A DNA stretch of 63,812 nt, from contig NC_068983.1 of the NCBI RefSeq assembly GCF_001194135.2, positions 55,502,423-55,566,234 of the forward strand, written 5' to 3'. A program made the translations under genes and the position numbers. How positions within the stretch are numbered: position 1 is the stretch's first letter; the number at the start of each line of letters is the position of its first letter. This DNA is from Octopus bimaculoides. Its lineage: Eukaryota. Of this stretch, positions 39,661 to 51,280 are shown piece by piece. Below the pieces are notes generated by a model. That model saw only the letters and a program-made list of their open reading frames with translations. It had not been told where the DNA came from and made no database searches.

Positions 39661-39849
39661 ATCATTCTCTCTTTCTCCTTCTCTCTGTTAAATACACCCG
39701 ACGCTAACACGCAATCACATATTTAAATGTGTCTGTACTCATAAGCATAGATTACAAACACTGCTACACTTACATAAGTGAGCGTGTTCACCAAATGGTA
39801 TGAAGAAAACCATAACAAAATTCATACATATATGCATATGTGTGTGTGT

Positions 39850-40015
39850 GTGTTTGTCTCACAACCGGTGTTGTCCCGTAACTTAGCGGTTTGGCAAAAG
39901 AACCGATGTTATGTGCATCAGACTTAAAAAGAAGCCTAAGTTTTGAGTTTGATTGGCTAAAAGTCCTTCTTGGCGTTGCCTTAAAATGGCTGCAATCCAA
40001 TAACTGAAAAATTAA
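39850..40015 (+). mobile_element. SINE family A, 3' half (diverged)
   Basis: caaccggtgt..cccgtaacttagcggtttggcaaaag...aatggctgcaatccaataactgaaa. Confidence 0.75.
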
Positions 40016-41018
40016 AAATCTAAAAATAAAACATTTTTCACATTCAAATCCTTTACCAAAATTTTTTATCTATTTTGTGACTTAAACAACATTAATCCGC
40101 ATTTTATTTATTTTTACTTTTGCAGTGTGGAAACACAGTAAGTTTAGCGTAGATACTCTTCTTTGAGGAAAGAATTGGCACATAAAAAGAGCAATATTTG
40201 TGCTGTAGGAGGCACGATAAATTTTCTAGATTTATTTTGAGGGCGAAACTAGAGACTTCAAGGCCGAAAATCACATTGTTTCTTTTACCTGTCAGTTCTG
40301 ATTCTCTGTCATCGTGTTCCTGTGTTGATGAGAAAGATGGTGATGACAATTACGTAGCTAAGGCTATATAAATGCAATCCATAACTTTGCACATCTCTGA
40401 CCAGCTAATTTTACTGACGCTTTACAAGAATTTCTTAAGCTTCTTTCCAGAATCAGTGTAGCTTCAAAACTATTTGATAATCTCCTCCGTAACCTGAGCG
40501 TTCACGATCCGAGTTCTTAATTAAAATGTACAGCATGTCTTTGAAATCGTTTCATAAATCCTCTATTTTGTTTCTTTACATTATCTACTTTTACATATAT
40601 TATAAGAAAATACTTGTGCCTGGCTGGTTTTTGTAGACTGAATGAAACTCATTGCCAAAATCCACCGAAAGAATGATTTTATGAGAATAAGAGAATAAGT
40701 CTTACTATTTTAAGCATCAATATTTTAACGTTGCTACTTCCTCTTTCTTCTTCTGTCATTTATATACTCTCTCTCTCTTTTCTCTCTCCCCGCTCTCTCT
40801 CTCTTTCTCTATCTCTCTACCTACCTATCTACCTATTTATCTATCTAGTTGAATTAGATACTTAAATTGAAGCACCAAGTCAGTCCGGTATTATCCATAC
40901 AGCTCGAAGTAAGGTAAATAAAATCAAAATAAGTAACATGATTTCAAGTAGTAATGAATTATAACCCTATGAACCCCATTGTGTTCCATTTAAAAAATAA
41001 ATATAGTCTTTTCCCTTA

Positions 41019-41090
41019 GCTATTCCTGCTACAATAGCAGGAATAGCTACAATAGCAGGAATAGCTACAATAGCAGGAATAGCTACAATA
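41019..41090. repeat. 13-bp-stem hairpin followed by 18-bp tandem repeat x3.5
   Basis: gctattcctgcta-caa-tagcaggaatagc, then (gctacaatagcaggaata)n. Confidence 0.92.
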
Positions 41091-41324
41091 ACACGAATTT
41101 CTTGCATCTTCTTGCTCTGTTAAAATATTTAAGAAAAATTATGTTAATGTATCATGTCTGTTGAAGTTCCGTATTTGTGCAGCTGAACATAGCACTGTAT
41201 TTAAAAATTGGTGTAATGATTGCATTGCATTGTTCAATTAAATGGAGTCGCTTGAAACGGTCGTACTGCATTACTTCTTGAAATCTTGTTACTTATTTTG
41301 ATTTTATTCACCTTACTTCGAGCT

Positions 41325-41340
41325 ATCTATCTACCTATTT

Positions 41341-41397
<57 letters not shown>

Positions 41398-41466
41398 GTA
41401 TGCATGTATGTATGTATGTTTGTATGTATGGATGTATGTATGTATGTATGTATGTATGTATCTATC

Positions 41467-41514
<48 letters not shown>
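41325..41514. repeat. (ATCT)n(ATGT)n microsatellite
   Basis: Direct reading. Confidence 0.95.
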
Positions 41515-41689
41515 NNNNNNNNNNNNNNNNNNNNNNNNNNNNNNNNNNNNNNNNNNNNNNNNNNNNNNNNNNNNNNNNNNNNNNNNNNNNNNNNNNNNNN
41601 NNNNNNNNNNNNNNNNNNNNNNNNNNNNNNNNNNNNNNNNNNNNNNNNNNNNNNNNNNNNNNNNNNNNNNNNNNNNNNNNNNNNNNNNA

Positions 41690-41732
<43 letters not shown>

Positions 41733-42912
41733 CATTCTGTCTATCTATTTATCTATTTATCTTTCACTCTTTGTCTGTCTTGAAGTTCCTAGATGTATGT
41801 CATTTTCTAACACTAAACTTCCGGTAACTCAGGTTTTTCGTTAAACACTTACATACTGACACATGTACTCGTATTTTCCGACCGTCTTCTTTTACATGTA
41901 TCTGTAAATAACAGCCTCGTAAATTATTTGTATCTCAAAGTGAAATCCATTGAACAAATGTTCACATTCAAATATTCAACACTTGAAATGTTTGGCTGTA
42001 GTTGTTAGAATCACAACTGAAGCGTCCAAATGATTGGTATAAATTCTGATGGCTGAATGCTGATAATTTTCTAAATGTAAAAATAGAAACAAAGTCAAAA
42101 CAGATAAAATGCGTATGACTTTGGTGGTGATTTTTTCATAGACTGAAAATTAGCTTTGGCATTCCAGAGAATGAGAAGAAAGCATTGCGAATAAGAGATG
42201 TGGAACATCTCGAGCAAAGAGCTTGTAGGCTGTGAGTGACAGACAGTGCTTATGTGAATGTAAGAGGTAGTAAGAAAGCAAGAGAGAGATAAAGAGAAGG
42301 GAACAGAGAGAGGGATGGAGAGGGAGGAAAGAGAGAGAGAAAGAAGGAAAGAAAACGTGAAAGAGAGAGTTACCTGCACTGGTATCGAAACTGTATCGCA
42401 GTATTGCGTATAAAGCGTTCGTATATAAATAACTGAGGTGACATGCATTGACATCAAAGTGCATCACAAGATAAAAATAAAGATGCGTAGATACGAAAGT
42501 GCTGGAACTTGTCTGGAGTCAGCTGTTTTACTGCAGTAACAGCGTAGTTCTGATTGGCTACATCACTCGAGTGAGTTTAACGGGGCATCAAAATTATTTA
42601 CCGCTCATGAAATACTGGATATTATAGACTAGTTTAGTGATGGCGAAGCATTTTCGCTCGATATGATGGAATATAATTTTTTATTAATTTTAATAATGGT
42701 AATATTATTAAAGTATTACTTACGCATATACATGAATTTTAGTTTTGGGTCAATGCTTATAGATAAACTTTTATAATGTGATAACATCGCAGGACGATTT
42801 TTTTTTAATGCATAACGTGTTACCTAAGAATCCACTTAGTGTTAATGCTCACAATCATAGAGTCACTGTTGCTGTTTTAATGATTAATGCGAGTCAACAC
42901 CTCATCTTATCT

Positions 42913-42972
<60 letters not shown>

Positions 42973-43046
42973 NNNNNNNNNNNNNNNNNNNNNNNNNNNN
43001 NNNNNNNNNNNNNNNNNNNNNNNNNNNNNNNNNNNNNNNNNNNNNN

Positions 43047-43113
<67 letters not shown>

Positions 43114-43398
43114 ATTTGTTTATTTATTAATCTGTCCCTCGATCTATCTATATTTGTATATGGGTGTGAGTATGCACACATACATGTGTGTGTATGTATG
43201 TGTGTGTAGTTAAGTGCGAGCCAGGGATCTAAGTGTAGGAAGTTAGTTAGCTTCAAGCAATAGGCGGCTAGTATTGAGAACAAAAGTGAACAGTAAATGA
43301 TATAAATAAATATTTAGCATCGTAAATTACACACTTTTTTCCATATCGAAGTTAAAGAGAAATTTCGATAAGCTGCTAAGAATGCGGATAAAAAATCC

Positions 43399-43745
43399 AA
43401 AAAGTATAAGGAGTGGAAACAAGTAGAATATTGGTTACAATCATTTCCCAACTCTTTGACGTTCATTCTGTAAGACGTTACACAAAGAACACTCCTCAGC
43501 GCAGCTAGTCTTCAGGCCAATCCTCTCCACGAAGTTTAGACAATAAATTATATTGTCTGTGGCTAGGTTGTAGACTATTTGTGTGTTTGCTTCCTGCGAC
43601 AATGTAAACTTCGTTGAAGTGACTTGGCCTGAGGATTAGCTGTGCTGAGGAGTGTTCGTTGCGTAACGACTTACTTAATGAATGTTAGCGAGTTATGAAA
43701 CGATTGTAACCAATATTTTACCTGTTCCTCTCCTTATATATTTTG
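43399..43745. mobile_element. Foldback element (about 140-bp arms, 66-bp spacer) with hammerhead-like motif in each arm
   Basis: 43399-43538 vs 43605-43745 are inverted; CTGAGGA/CTGAAGA...GAAA(C/T)-GATT-GTA-accaat. Confidence 0.85.
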
Positions 43746-44085
43746 TGTGTGTGTGTGTGTACATAACTATGAGCAGGAGTACGTGTGAGGGTGTGTGGGT
43801 GAACGTATTTGCGTATGAGTGTGTGTATGTTCGCACGCGAGCGTGTTTGAGTATAAAGTAAATGTATATTTCATAACTTCCTCTACAGGATTTTGATAAC
43901 AAGAAGAAAGCCGATCCAACACAAGTTACAGCGCCTTCGTTCTTGCGCATGATCTCTCTCGTGGTACTCTTTGATGCATTTACCATGTCCTCCCAGCACT
44001 TAAGACGCAAATAATTTATATATAATACGCAAAACATAAAGACTTTATACGCAGTATACATTTTACAGCCACCCATGTATGTGTG

Positions 44086-44132
<47 letters not shown>

Positions 44133-44751
44133 GTTTATCTACATATGTATGCATTATTAAAAAGCAGCAAAAATGTCACAAAAACTGTTACTCAGAGTTT
44201 CACGTTCCCGTTCATCGGACAGTATCTACGTATAGTGGATATTATCAAGATTTCTTGTTTTCGGGTTAGAAACCTGCCCATACTTATTGGTGAAAAGTTA
44301 GAAAAAATGAAACCAGGATAATACGTACATACATGCATGATAACTGTCTACTTGTTAGACGAATATGACCATCGCTAAAAGGATTGTCCGCAATACCTGT
44401 GCAAGGGTTTTAAGTCGAGTGCGGCTTGCACAACACCTCAAAGACTCTCACTAACAATACCAAAAGTCCAGTACATACATTCACGCATACATATTCACAA
44501 ATCACATTTATACCAATAATAATTATAAAACAATGAAAGGATGATGTTAGCATGATTTCAATTGTTAATTACACTGATGTATTTTAACAGATAACATTAA
44601 TTAAGTATGAATGTTACAACGGATTGCCGCCAACATATAAGATAAAGTGATCCAAAACATGTCCTTGTATTAACTCTAGTTTATTGGTTCGTGCATTCAA
44701 AACGAATCGCGAGTATTTGCTAAAGATGCTGTGTTCTCCAATTGTTAGTGG

Positions 44752-45111
44752 TGGCACTCCGTCGCTTACTACGACGAGGGTTCCAGTTGATCCAATCAAC
44801 GGAACAGCCTGCTCGTGAAATTAACGTGCAAGTGGCTGAGCACTCCACAGACACGTGTACCCTTAACGTAGTTCTCGGGGATATTCAACGTGACACAGAG
44901 TGTGACAAGGCTGACCCTTTGAATTACAGGCACAACAGAAACAGGAAGAAAGAGTGAGAGAAAGTTGTGGTGAAAGAGTACAGCAGGGTTCGCCACCATA
45001 CGCTGCCGGAGCCTCGTGAAACTTTTAGGTATTTTCGCTCAATAAACACTCACAACGCCCGGTCTGGGAATCGAGTCCGCTGCTCTAACCACTGGGCCAC
45101 TGCGCCTCCAC
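44752..45111 (-). mobile_element. SINE family E, with deletion in tRNA head
   Basis: Highly similar to 54432-54810; A box tggcccagtggttag. Confidence 0.92.
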
Positions 45112-45636
45112 TACTCCAATTATTACACCACTCGCTTATTGTAACACCGAAGTCTGACCACCTTCAGACTCCAAGTGATTTTTGTTTTTTAGTAAACGTT
45201 AGGTGGTGCTCCAGTATGGCTGAAGTTCACACACATACGCATACACAAAGTACTTTGTATTAATATATGCCGTAGTTATTATTACTTGTTTATCGATGTT
45301 CCTAAGCTAACAAAACGTTTTAGATGTATGTGAGTGACATGCGAATAAGATGTATTTCGTAGAAGACAAGTATGTAGACGGTGATGTGTTTAAAAGAGAT
45401 GATTTAAAACGAACAAATAAACAAGTTGGAATTACAACTTAGAAGACGAGACCGGAATACAAAAATGTCATTACATCCTTCGGCATGAAGCCAATTTCGT
45501 TGAGGGTGGCCTCTTGTTAATTGAATGTATAATGTAACGAGTATACGTACACGTAGATAGCCTAATATAACATAATAAACATATATGTATACGTACCTTA
45601 ACGCATACATACACACATTCATCCATGCATACAAAG

Positions 45637-45672
<36 letters not shown>

Positions 45673-45865
45673 TTATACAAACATACATACCAACATACAC
45701 ACATACATACATACATAAATACATACATAAATACATACATATCTACATGTAAATGTATATCTATATTTATATTCATGCATACAAACATACAAACATACAA
45801 GCATACATTTATTCATACACGCAGCTATCCATCCATTCATCAATCTATCAACACATACATATATA

Positions 45866-46560
45866 GAATTAGAGGCAGCCATATTGAAATAGGTAGAAGA
45901 CCAAAGACAGAACGGCATGGTAGTTATAAGTTCCCTCAATCGTCTTCAGTCACGGAAATGAGCCAATAAGAACAAACAGTTGTCTGTAAACTTTAAAGCA
46001 ATAACGGGTTAGTTTTCAAGATTTATAAAGCGAGAAAACTTAATATAGAGATAGAAAACCAAAATAGCACAAAAATTATCGAAAGACCTCGAGGCAAAAA
46101 ATAGCCAAGTTCCAGAGTTTCATGATACAAACGCGAAAAAGACGTGAAAACAATCTCAGCCAAATTGCAAACATGGACGAAATGCAAATGTTTTCCGAAA
46201 TCATCAGTAACTAAGCGGTCGATGGAGCAAAAAGTGCACTCAAGACAATTAGGCTTGGAAAACAGCATTTATCATAACCTTGGCATACACAGCAGATTGC
46301 AGGAAATTGCTACATACATAAGATGAATGTACTAGAATACATAAAATGAGACAAGAACGCGACAGGTGACAACAAAGCATGCAGACAGTTGGATGATGCA
46401 AAAAGTGAATGAAAAAACAAGGACAGGCCATTCGAAGTTTTCTTTCGTCAGTCGAGTTCCAGAATATCGTTGCAGTTTCGGTTGGTTATACTCGAGACTG
46501 CTCCAATCTAGCCAGCCCCAAAGAACACTAGATTCCTTGGAAGGAAGCAGCGAATGTATA
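45866..46560 (+). mobile_element. Decayed pogo/Tigger (CENP-B HTH + DDE) transposase
   Basis: ELEAAILK*VEDQRQNGMVV...NFKAITG*FSRFIKRENL...KTKIAQKLSKDLEAK...NLSQIANMDEMQMFSEIISN*AVDGAKSALKT...GKQH.../TLAYTADCRKL; many stops and frameshifts. Confidence 0.85.
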
Positions 46561-47329
46561 CGAAAACAAAGACGGAGAAAAATGGAGCAATGGTACACAA
46601 ATACAAATGTAAACAACAGGATATTAACAACAGGTGTCTTTCGACTAAAGATGAATTAAATTAAACTGGCGTGGGTGGAAGGGACATAAGAGATGACATG
46701 CATGGGAAGGAATATAGATGTCGCGCCAAGAAAGAAAGGTAAGGTTCAGCCGAACACCGGTGACGTGGAAGGAGAGGAGAGAGGTAGAGACAGAGGGATA
46801 GAAGAATTAGGGAGGGATGAGAAGAAAACAAAAGGGACAGAGTTAAATGAGAGAAGAGGGAAGGTGAGAATGAAGAGAAGGCCAGGAAATGTGAGAGAGT
46901 GGGAGCGAAAGAAACAAGAGTGGAAAGAACGACGTAAATGTGAAGGGGATGAAAGAAAGAAAGAATGAAAGAATGAACGAATGAGAGAGTCGTACATATA
47001 TGCATATATACACCTATATATATATATANNNNNNNNNNNNNNNNNNNNNNNNNNNNNNNNNNNNNNNNNNNNNNNNNNNNNNNNNNNNNNNNNNNNNNNN
47101 NNNNNNNNNNNNNNNNNNNNNNNNNNNNNNNNNNNNNNNNNNNNNNNNNNNNNNNNNNNNNNNNNNNNNNNNNNNNNNNNNNNNNNNNNNNNNNNNNNNN
47201 NNNNNNNNNNNNNNNNNNNNNNNNNNNNNNNNNNNNNNNNNNNNNNNNNNNNNNNNNNNNNNNNNNNNNNNNNNNNNNNNNNNNNNNNNNNNNNNNNNNN
47301 NNNNNNNNNNNNNNNCTTACATAGTTGTT

Positions 47330-47490
47330 CAATGCTCGAAATGAGGAGTAGATAGACAGCCAACAACTGATGAAGGGTTGTTCCTTGTTTTACTTGTTCT
47401 CTTTTCCAATTTTTCTCTCGTATGCGTATCTAATTCATTTGCTTTCGTATTTCATGTTGTTTACTGTTGGTGACGTCCTGTACCCATATA
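47330..47490 (+). mobile_element. Family F element, copy 2
   Basis: gtagatagacagccaacaaCTGATGAAGGG...ctttcgtatttcatgttg...cctgta. Confidence 0.65.
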
Positions 47491-47493
47491 TGC

Positions 47494-47549
<56 letters not shown>

Positions 47550-47802
47550 CAATTATTCAGTAGCCATGATAAAACTCCAAGTTTCGGATGCCGGGCCGGA
47601 AACCCACGCCGTCATCTCTTCAGTTATCTGGCCATTGAAAATTCCTATGAAAATGACCGCTAAGTAAGGGAAGGGAATAAAGGTAAGGGAGTAAAAAGGT
47701 CCATAGTATTCGCGTAAGTGCACCAATCCGTACATGCGCCTATATGTGTATACTGATCCACCCTCGCTTGAAACATACACATACTCTCCCACACACGACC
47801 TT

Positions 47803-47958
47803 ATATGGTTGTGTGGTAAGTAGCTGGCTTACCAACCACATGGTTCCGGGTTCAGTCCCACTGCGTGGCAGCTTGGGCAAGTGTCTTCTTCTATAGCCTC
47901 GGGCCGACCAAAGCCTTGTGAGTGGATTTGGTAGACGGAAACTGAAAGAAGCCCGTCG

Positions 47959-47962
<4 letters not shown>
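47803..47962 (+). mobile_element. SINE family A, 5' half
   Basis: Close match to the head of the 7413 copy; ends in (TA)n. Confidence 0.92.
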
Positions 47963-48007
<45 letters not shown>

Positions 48008-48008
48008 G

Positions 48009-48041
<33 letters not shown>

Positions 48042-48051
48042 GTGCATGTAT

Positions 48052-48135
48052 GTGTTCCTTTCTTTGGAAGAGCGTAGGCTCGAAACGTTAAAGACTTGTT
48101 CACTTCCCGAGCGTTATACTAATACATTTGTTTGT
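48052..48135 (+). mobile_element. Hammerhead-bearing fragment (GAGC-gtag-GCTC family)
   Basis: cttt CTTTGGA A GAGC gtag GCTC GAAAC GTT aaag; homologous to 61350-61425 (-). Confidence 0.65.
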
Positions 48136-48726
48136 TCTCTGTGTATAAATACTTAATTATTTATACACTTATATATGAAAATATGTTGTCTATTGACTTT
48201 TATTACGCATGCTAGCCACCGGTATGAAAATCTTTCTTAATTTTTTACCCTTATAATTTTCGCAGTAAAATTTTCATAATTTCAAAACTTTTTGGTGCGC
48301 AGGTTTATTTTATTATTTGCTGCCGACTGTGACTGCGCTTGTGCGGTTGATTTGAAAACATACAGTATAAGTATGCAACACGCGCGTGTGATTTCGTTAC
48401 GTATTAACTACATAATTATGCATTGTTTTAGCGACCCACTGATGAAGTACGGATGACAAATCAATTTATTTGTTCATTAATACAGAAACTCGAGTTTGAG
48501 GTTAACTAAAAATAATTCTTGTTTTCATTCTCTTTGGAATTATTTTTGTTCGTGGTTTGGGTTTTGGCTGCCCTTTCTAGCATGTAAAGTGTCCTGTCAA
48601 GGGTCACCTCTCTGTGTATAAATACTTAATTACTTATATATGAAAATATGTTGTCTATTGACTTTTATTACACATGCTGGCCACCGGTATGAAACTTTTT
48701 CTAAATTTTCTGCCCTTATAATTTTC
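48136..48726 (+). repeat. About 120-bp direct repeats (48136-48261; 48609-48726)
   Basis: tctctgtgtataaatacttaatt...ccaccggtatgaaa...cccttataattttc occurs twice. Confidence 0.9.
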
Positions 48727-48811
48727 AGTTTATATATGCATGTATGTATGTATGTATGTATGTATGTATGTATGTATGTATGTATATACATATACATTTA
48801 TATGTATATAC

Positions 48812-48846
<35 letters not shown>

Positions 48847-48946
48847 CAAGAATAAGGGCAGGGAATCGTCAATTAATAATAGAATTAATAATTAACAATT
48901 TTGCCAAGTAGTTCAGTATGAACAAACCTTTATCGGTAAAAACATT

Positions 48947-49220
48947 TATCATCATAAATATACAGGGATTAGCATTGAGTTGCTTCTCCAACATACTGAA
49001 AATTTAGAAATAGCAGTCAAAGAACTACTGATTCTAAACTACAAATTTTTCTCTAAATGGATGGCGATATTTATGGCACATCTATGTGTGCCATAAATAT
49101 CGCCATCCATTTAGAGAAAAATTTGTAGTTTAGAATCAGTAGTTCTTTGACTGCTATTTCTAAATTTTCAGTATGTTGGAGAAGCAACTCAATGCTAATC
49201 CCTGTATATTTATGATGATA
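48947..49220. repeat. Perfect inverted repeat, 134-bp arms, 6-nt spacer
   Basis: 48947-49080 is the exact reverse complement of 49087-49220. Confidence 0.97.
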
Positions 49221-49235
49221 TATATATATATATAT

Positions 49236-49324
<89 letters not shown>

Positions 49325-49662
49325 CATATATGTTTATGTGTGTTTGTGTGTATACAACACATACATATACACTTATAGGTAGATAAATGTAGACATAAGT
49401 ACCTGTACATACACACGCACCCTACTTGTACGCAGACTCTCACACAAACGAACAAGCACGCACACCTGACCAGATTAAACTAAAACACCTGCAACATTTT
49501 GGAATTTTTGCAAATCAAGTTTCTACTGAAATCAGATCGTTTAATATTTTAGGATTTGAAACCTATTTCAATTTTTGTTTAATTGCAATCAAAATAAATC
49601 ATTTATCTGTGTTTATAGCTAATTTATGTTACAGCTTAATCATTTCATTATGTGGGTGTTGT

Positions 49663-49836
49663 AAGGTGCAAGGTGGAATAATCGTCAGCACGCCGGACAA
49701 AACGCTTTGCGGCATTTCGTTCGTCTTTACGCTCTGAGTTCAAATTCCACCGAGGTCGACTTTACCTTTCATCCTTTCGAAGTGGATAAAACAATTACCA
49801 GTTATGCTCTGAGGTCGATGGAATCAACTTACCTCC
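49663..49836 (+). mobile_element. SINE family B
   Basis: cagcacgccggac...ctgagttcaaattccaccgaggtcgac. Confidence 0.85.
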
Positions 49837-49907
49837 AGCCAAAGTTTTAAATCAATTTTTCTGTGATGTTATCATATAAAACGACGAGCTTTGCGACATT
49901 TCATCCG

Positions 49908-50050
49908 CCATTATGTTCTGCGCTCAAATCCGCCATGGTCGACTTTGCTTTTCATTTTTTTAAGATAGATAAAATAAGTACCAATTGAGTACTGTGGTCA
50001 ATGTAATCGACCTCCCCCCTCTCCGAAATTGTTGGCCTTGTACCAAAATC
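49908..50050 (+). mobile_element. SINE family B, 3' part
   Basis: ggtcgactttgc...aagtacca.ttgagtactg.ggtcaatgtaatcgac...ggccttgtaccaaaat. Confidence 0.8.
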
Positions 50051-50364
50051 TTAATCTTAATCCATCCGGTACTTTTATACCACTACTTAACTTATGTATG
50101 TCATTTGCTGTGTCAAATATGTGGCAAAATCCAGTCAAATCCTTGGTTTAATGATGGTTTCTTTACCTTTGCAATATCCCCGCCGCCAGATTCTAAATCT
50201 TCAAAAAGTGCCATAGCTGGTGCTTTTGTTCCTCTAACAAAGTCTTTCAAAAATTAATTATTCATTCAGAAAAAATGTTTTCTTCCTACATTACTGAAAT
50301 AGATTTAAATTATAGAAAGCCAAGTTGTGAGTAAAATACACATGTAAAGATATTCTCACGGAAA

Positions 50365-50560
50365 GGTACAGGCGTGGTTGTGTGGTAAGAAGCTTGTGTG
50401 TGGATCTGGGGGAAACTGAAAGAATCCCATCATGTATATGTGTGTGTGTGTGTGTGTGTGTTTTTTTCACCCACCACCGCTTGACAACTAGTGTGAGTGT
50501 GTTTTCATGCCCGTAACTTAGCAGTTCAGCAAAAGAGACCGACAGAATAAATAACTAGCA
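50365..50560 (+). mobile_element. SINE family A, internally deleted
   Basis: Head joined to ggaaactgaaagaa; partial tail. Confidence 0.75.
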
Positions 50561-50717
50561 TATCGATAGTCTGTATATTATTGTAAATTATTAATAATAA
50601 TATTCTTATAGATCGCTAACCACTACACACNNNNNNNNNNNNNNNNNNNNNNNNNNNNNNNNNNNNNNNNNNNNNNNNNNNNNNNNNNNNNNNNNNNNNN
50701 NNNNNNNNNNNNNNNNN

Positions 50718-50757
<40 letters not shown>

Positions 50758-50915
50758 ATGTATGTATATATGTAGATAGATAGATAGATACAGAAGGATT
50801 GACTATATATATATATATGTATATAATATAAATAATATATATATATATATATATACATATATACATACATGTATGTACATACATACATATATATACATAT
50901 GTATAAATATATGCA

Positions 50916-51070
50916 GGACTTAAACAACATGCGAAATACGAAAGCAACATGAAATACGAAGACAAACTTGGGTATGCAAACAACTGGAGAAACAAATGGT
51001 AAACAAGACGAGTAACGTAAAGAACGACCCTTCATCAGTTGTCGTCTGTCCATCTACACCTCAGCTTTTA
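50916..51070 (-). mobile_element. Family F element, copy 3
   Basis: Reverse complement: gtagatggacagacgacaaCTGATGAAGGG...cttcgtatttcatgttg. Confidence 0.65.
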
Positions 51071-51074
51071 TTTG

Positions 51075-51280
51075 TTTTACTCATTCGCCTGCAGGAATGG
51101 TGGAGTACCGCTTTTGAAGAATCTTTGTCGTAAAATCGACCTCCAGTACTTACTTTTTAAGGCCTCGTACTTATTCTATCAGTCACTTTTGTTGAACAGC
51201 TAAGTTACGGGAATGCAAACATACCAATACCGGTTGTCAAGCGGTGGTGGAGGTCAGACACAGACACAAAGAGAGAGAGA
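51075..51280 (-). mobile_element. SINE family A, 3' half
   Basis: gtacttattctatc...ctaagttacggg...ccggttgtcaagcggtgg. Confidence 0.8.

Noticed and set aside
46332-46616. Minus ORF resembling a membrane protein
   Set aside because: Antisense shadow of the pogo transposase relic.
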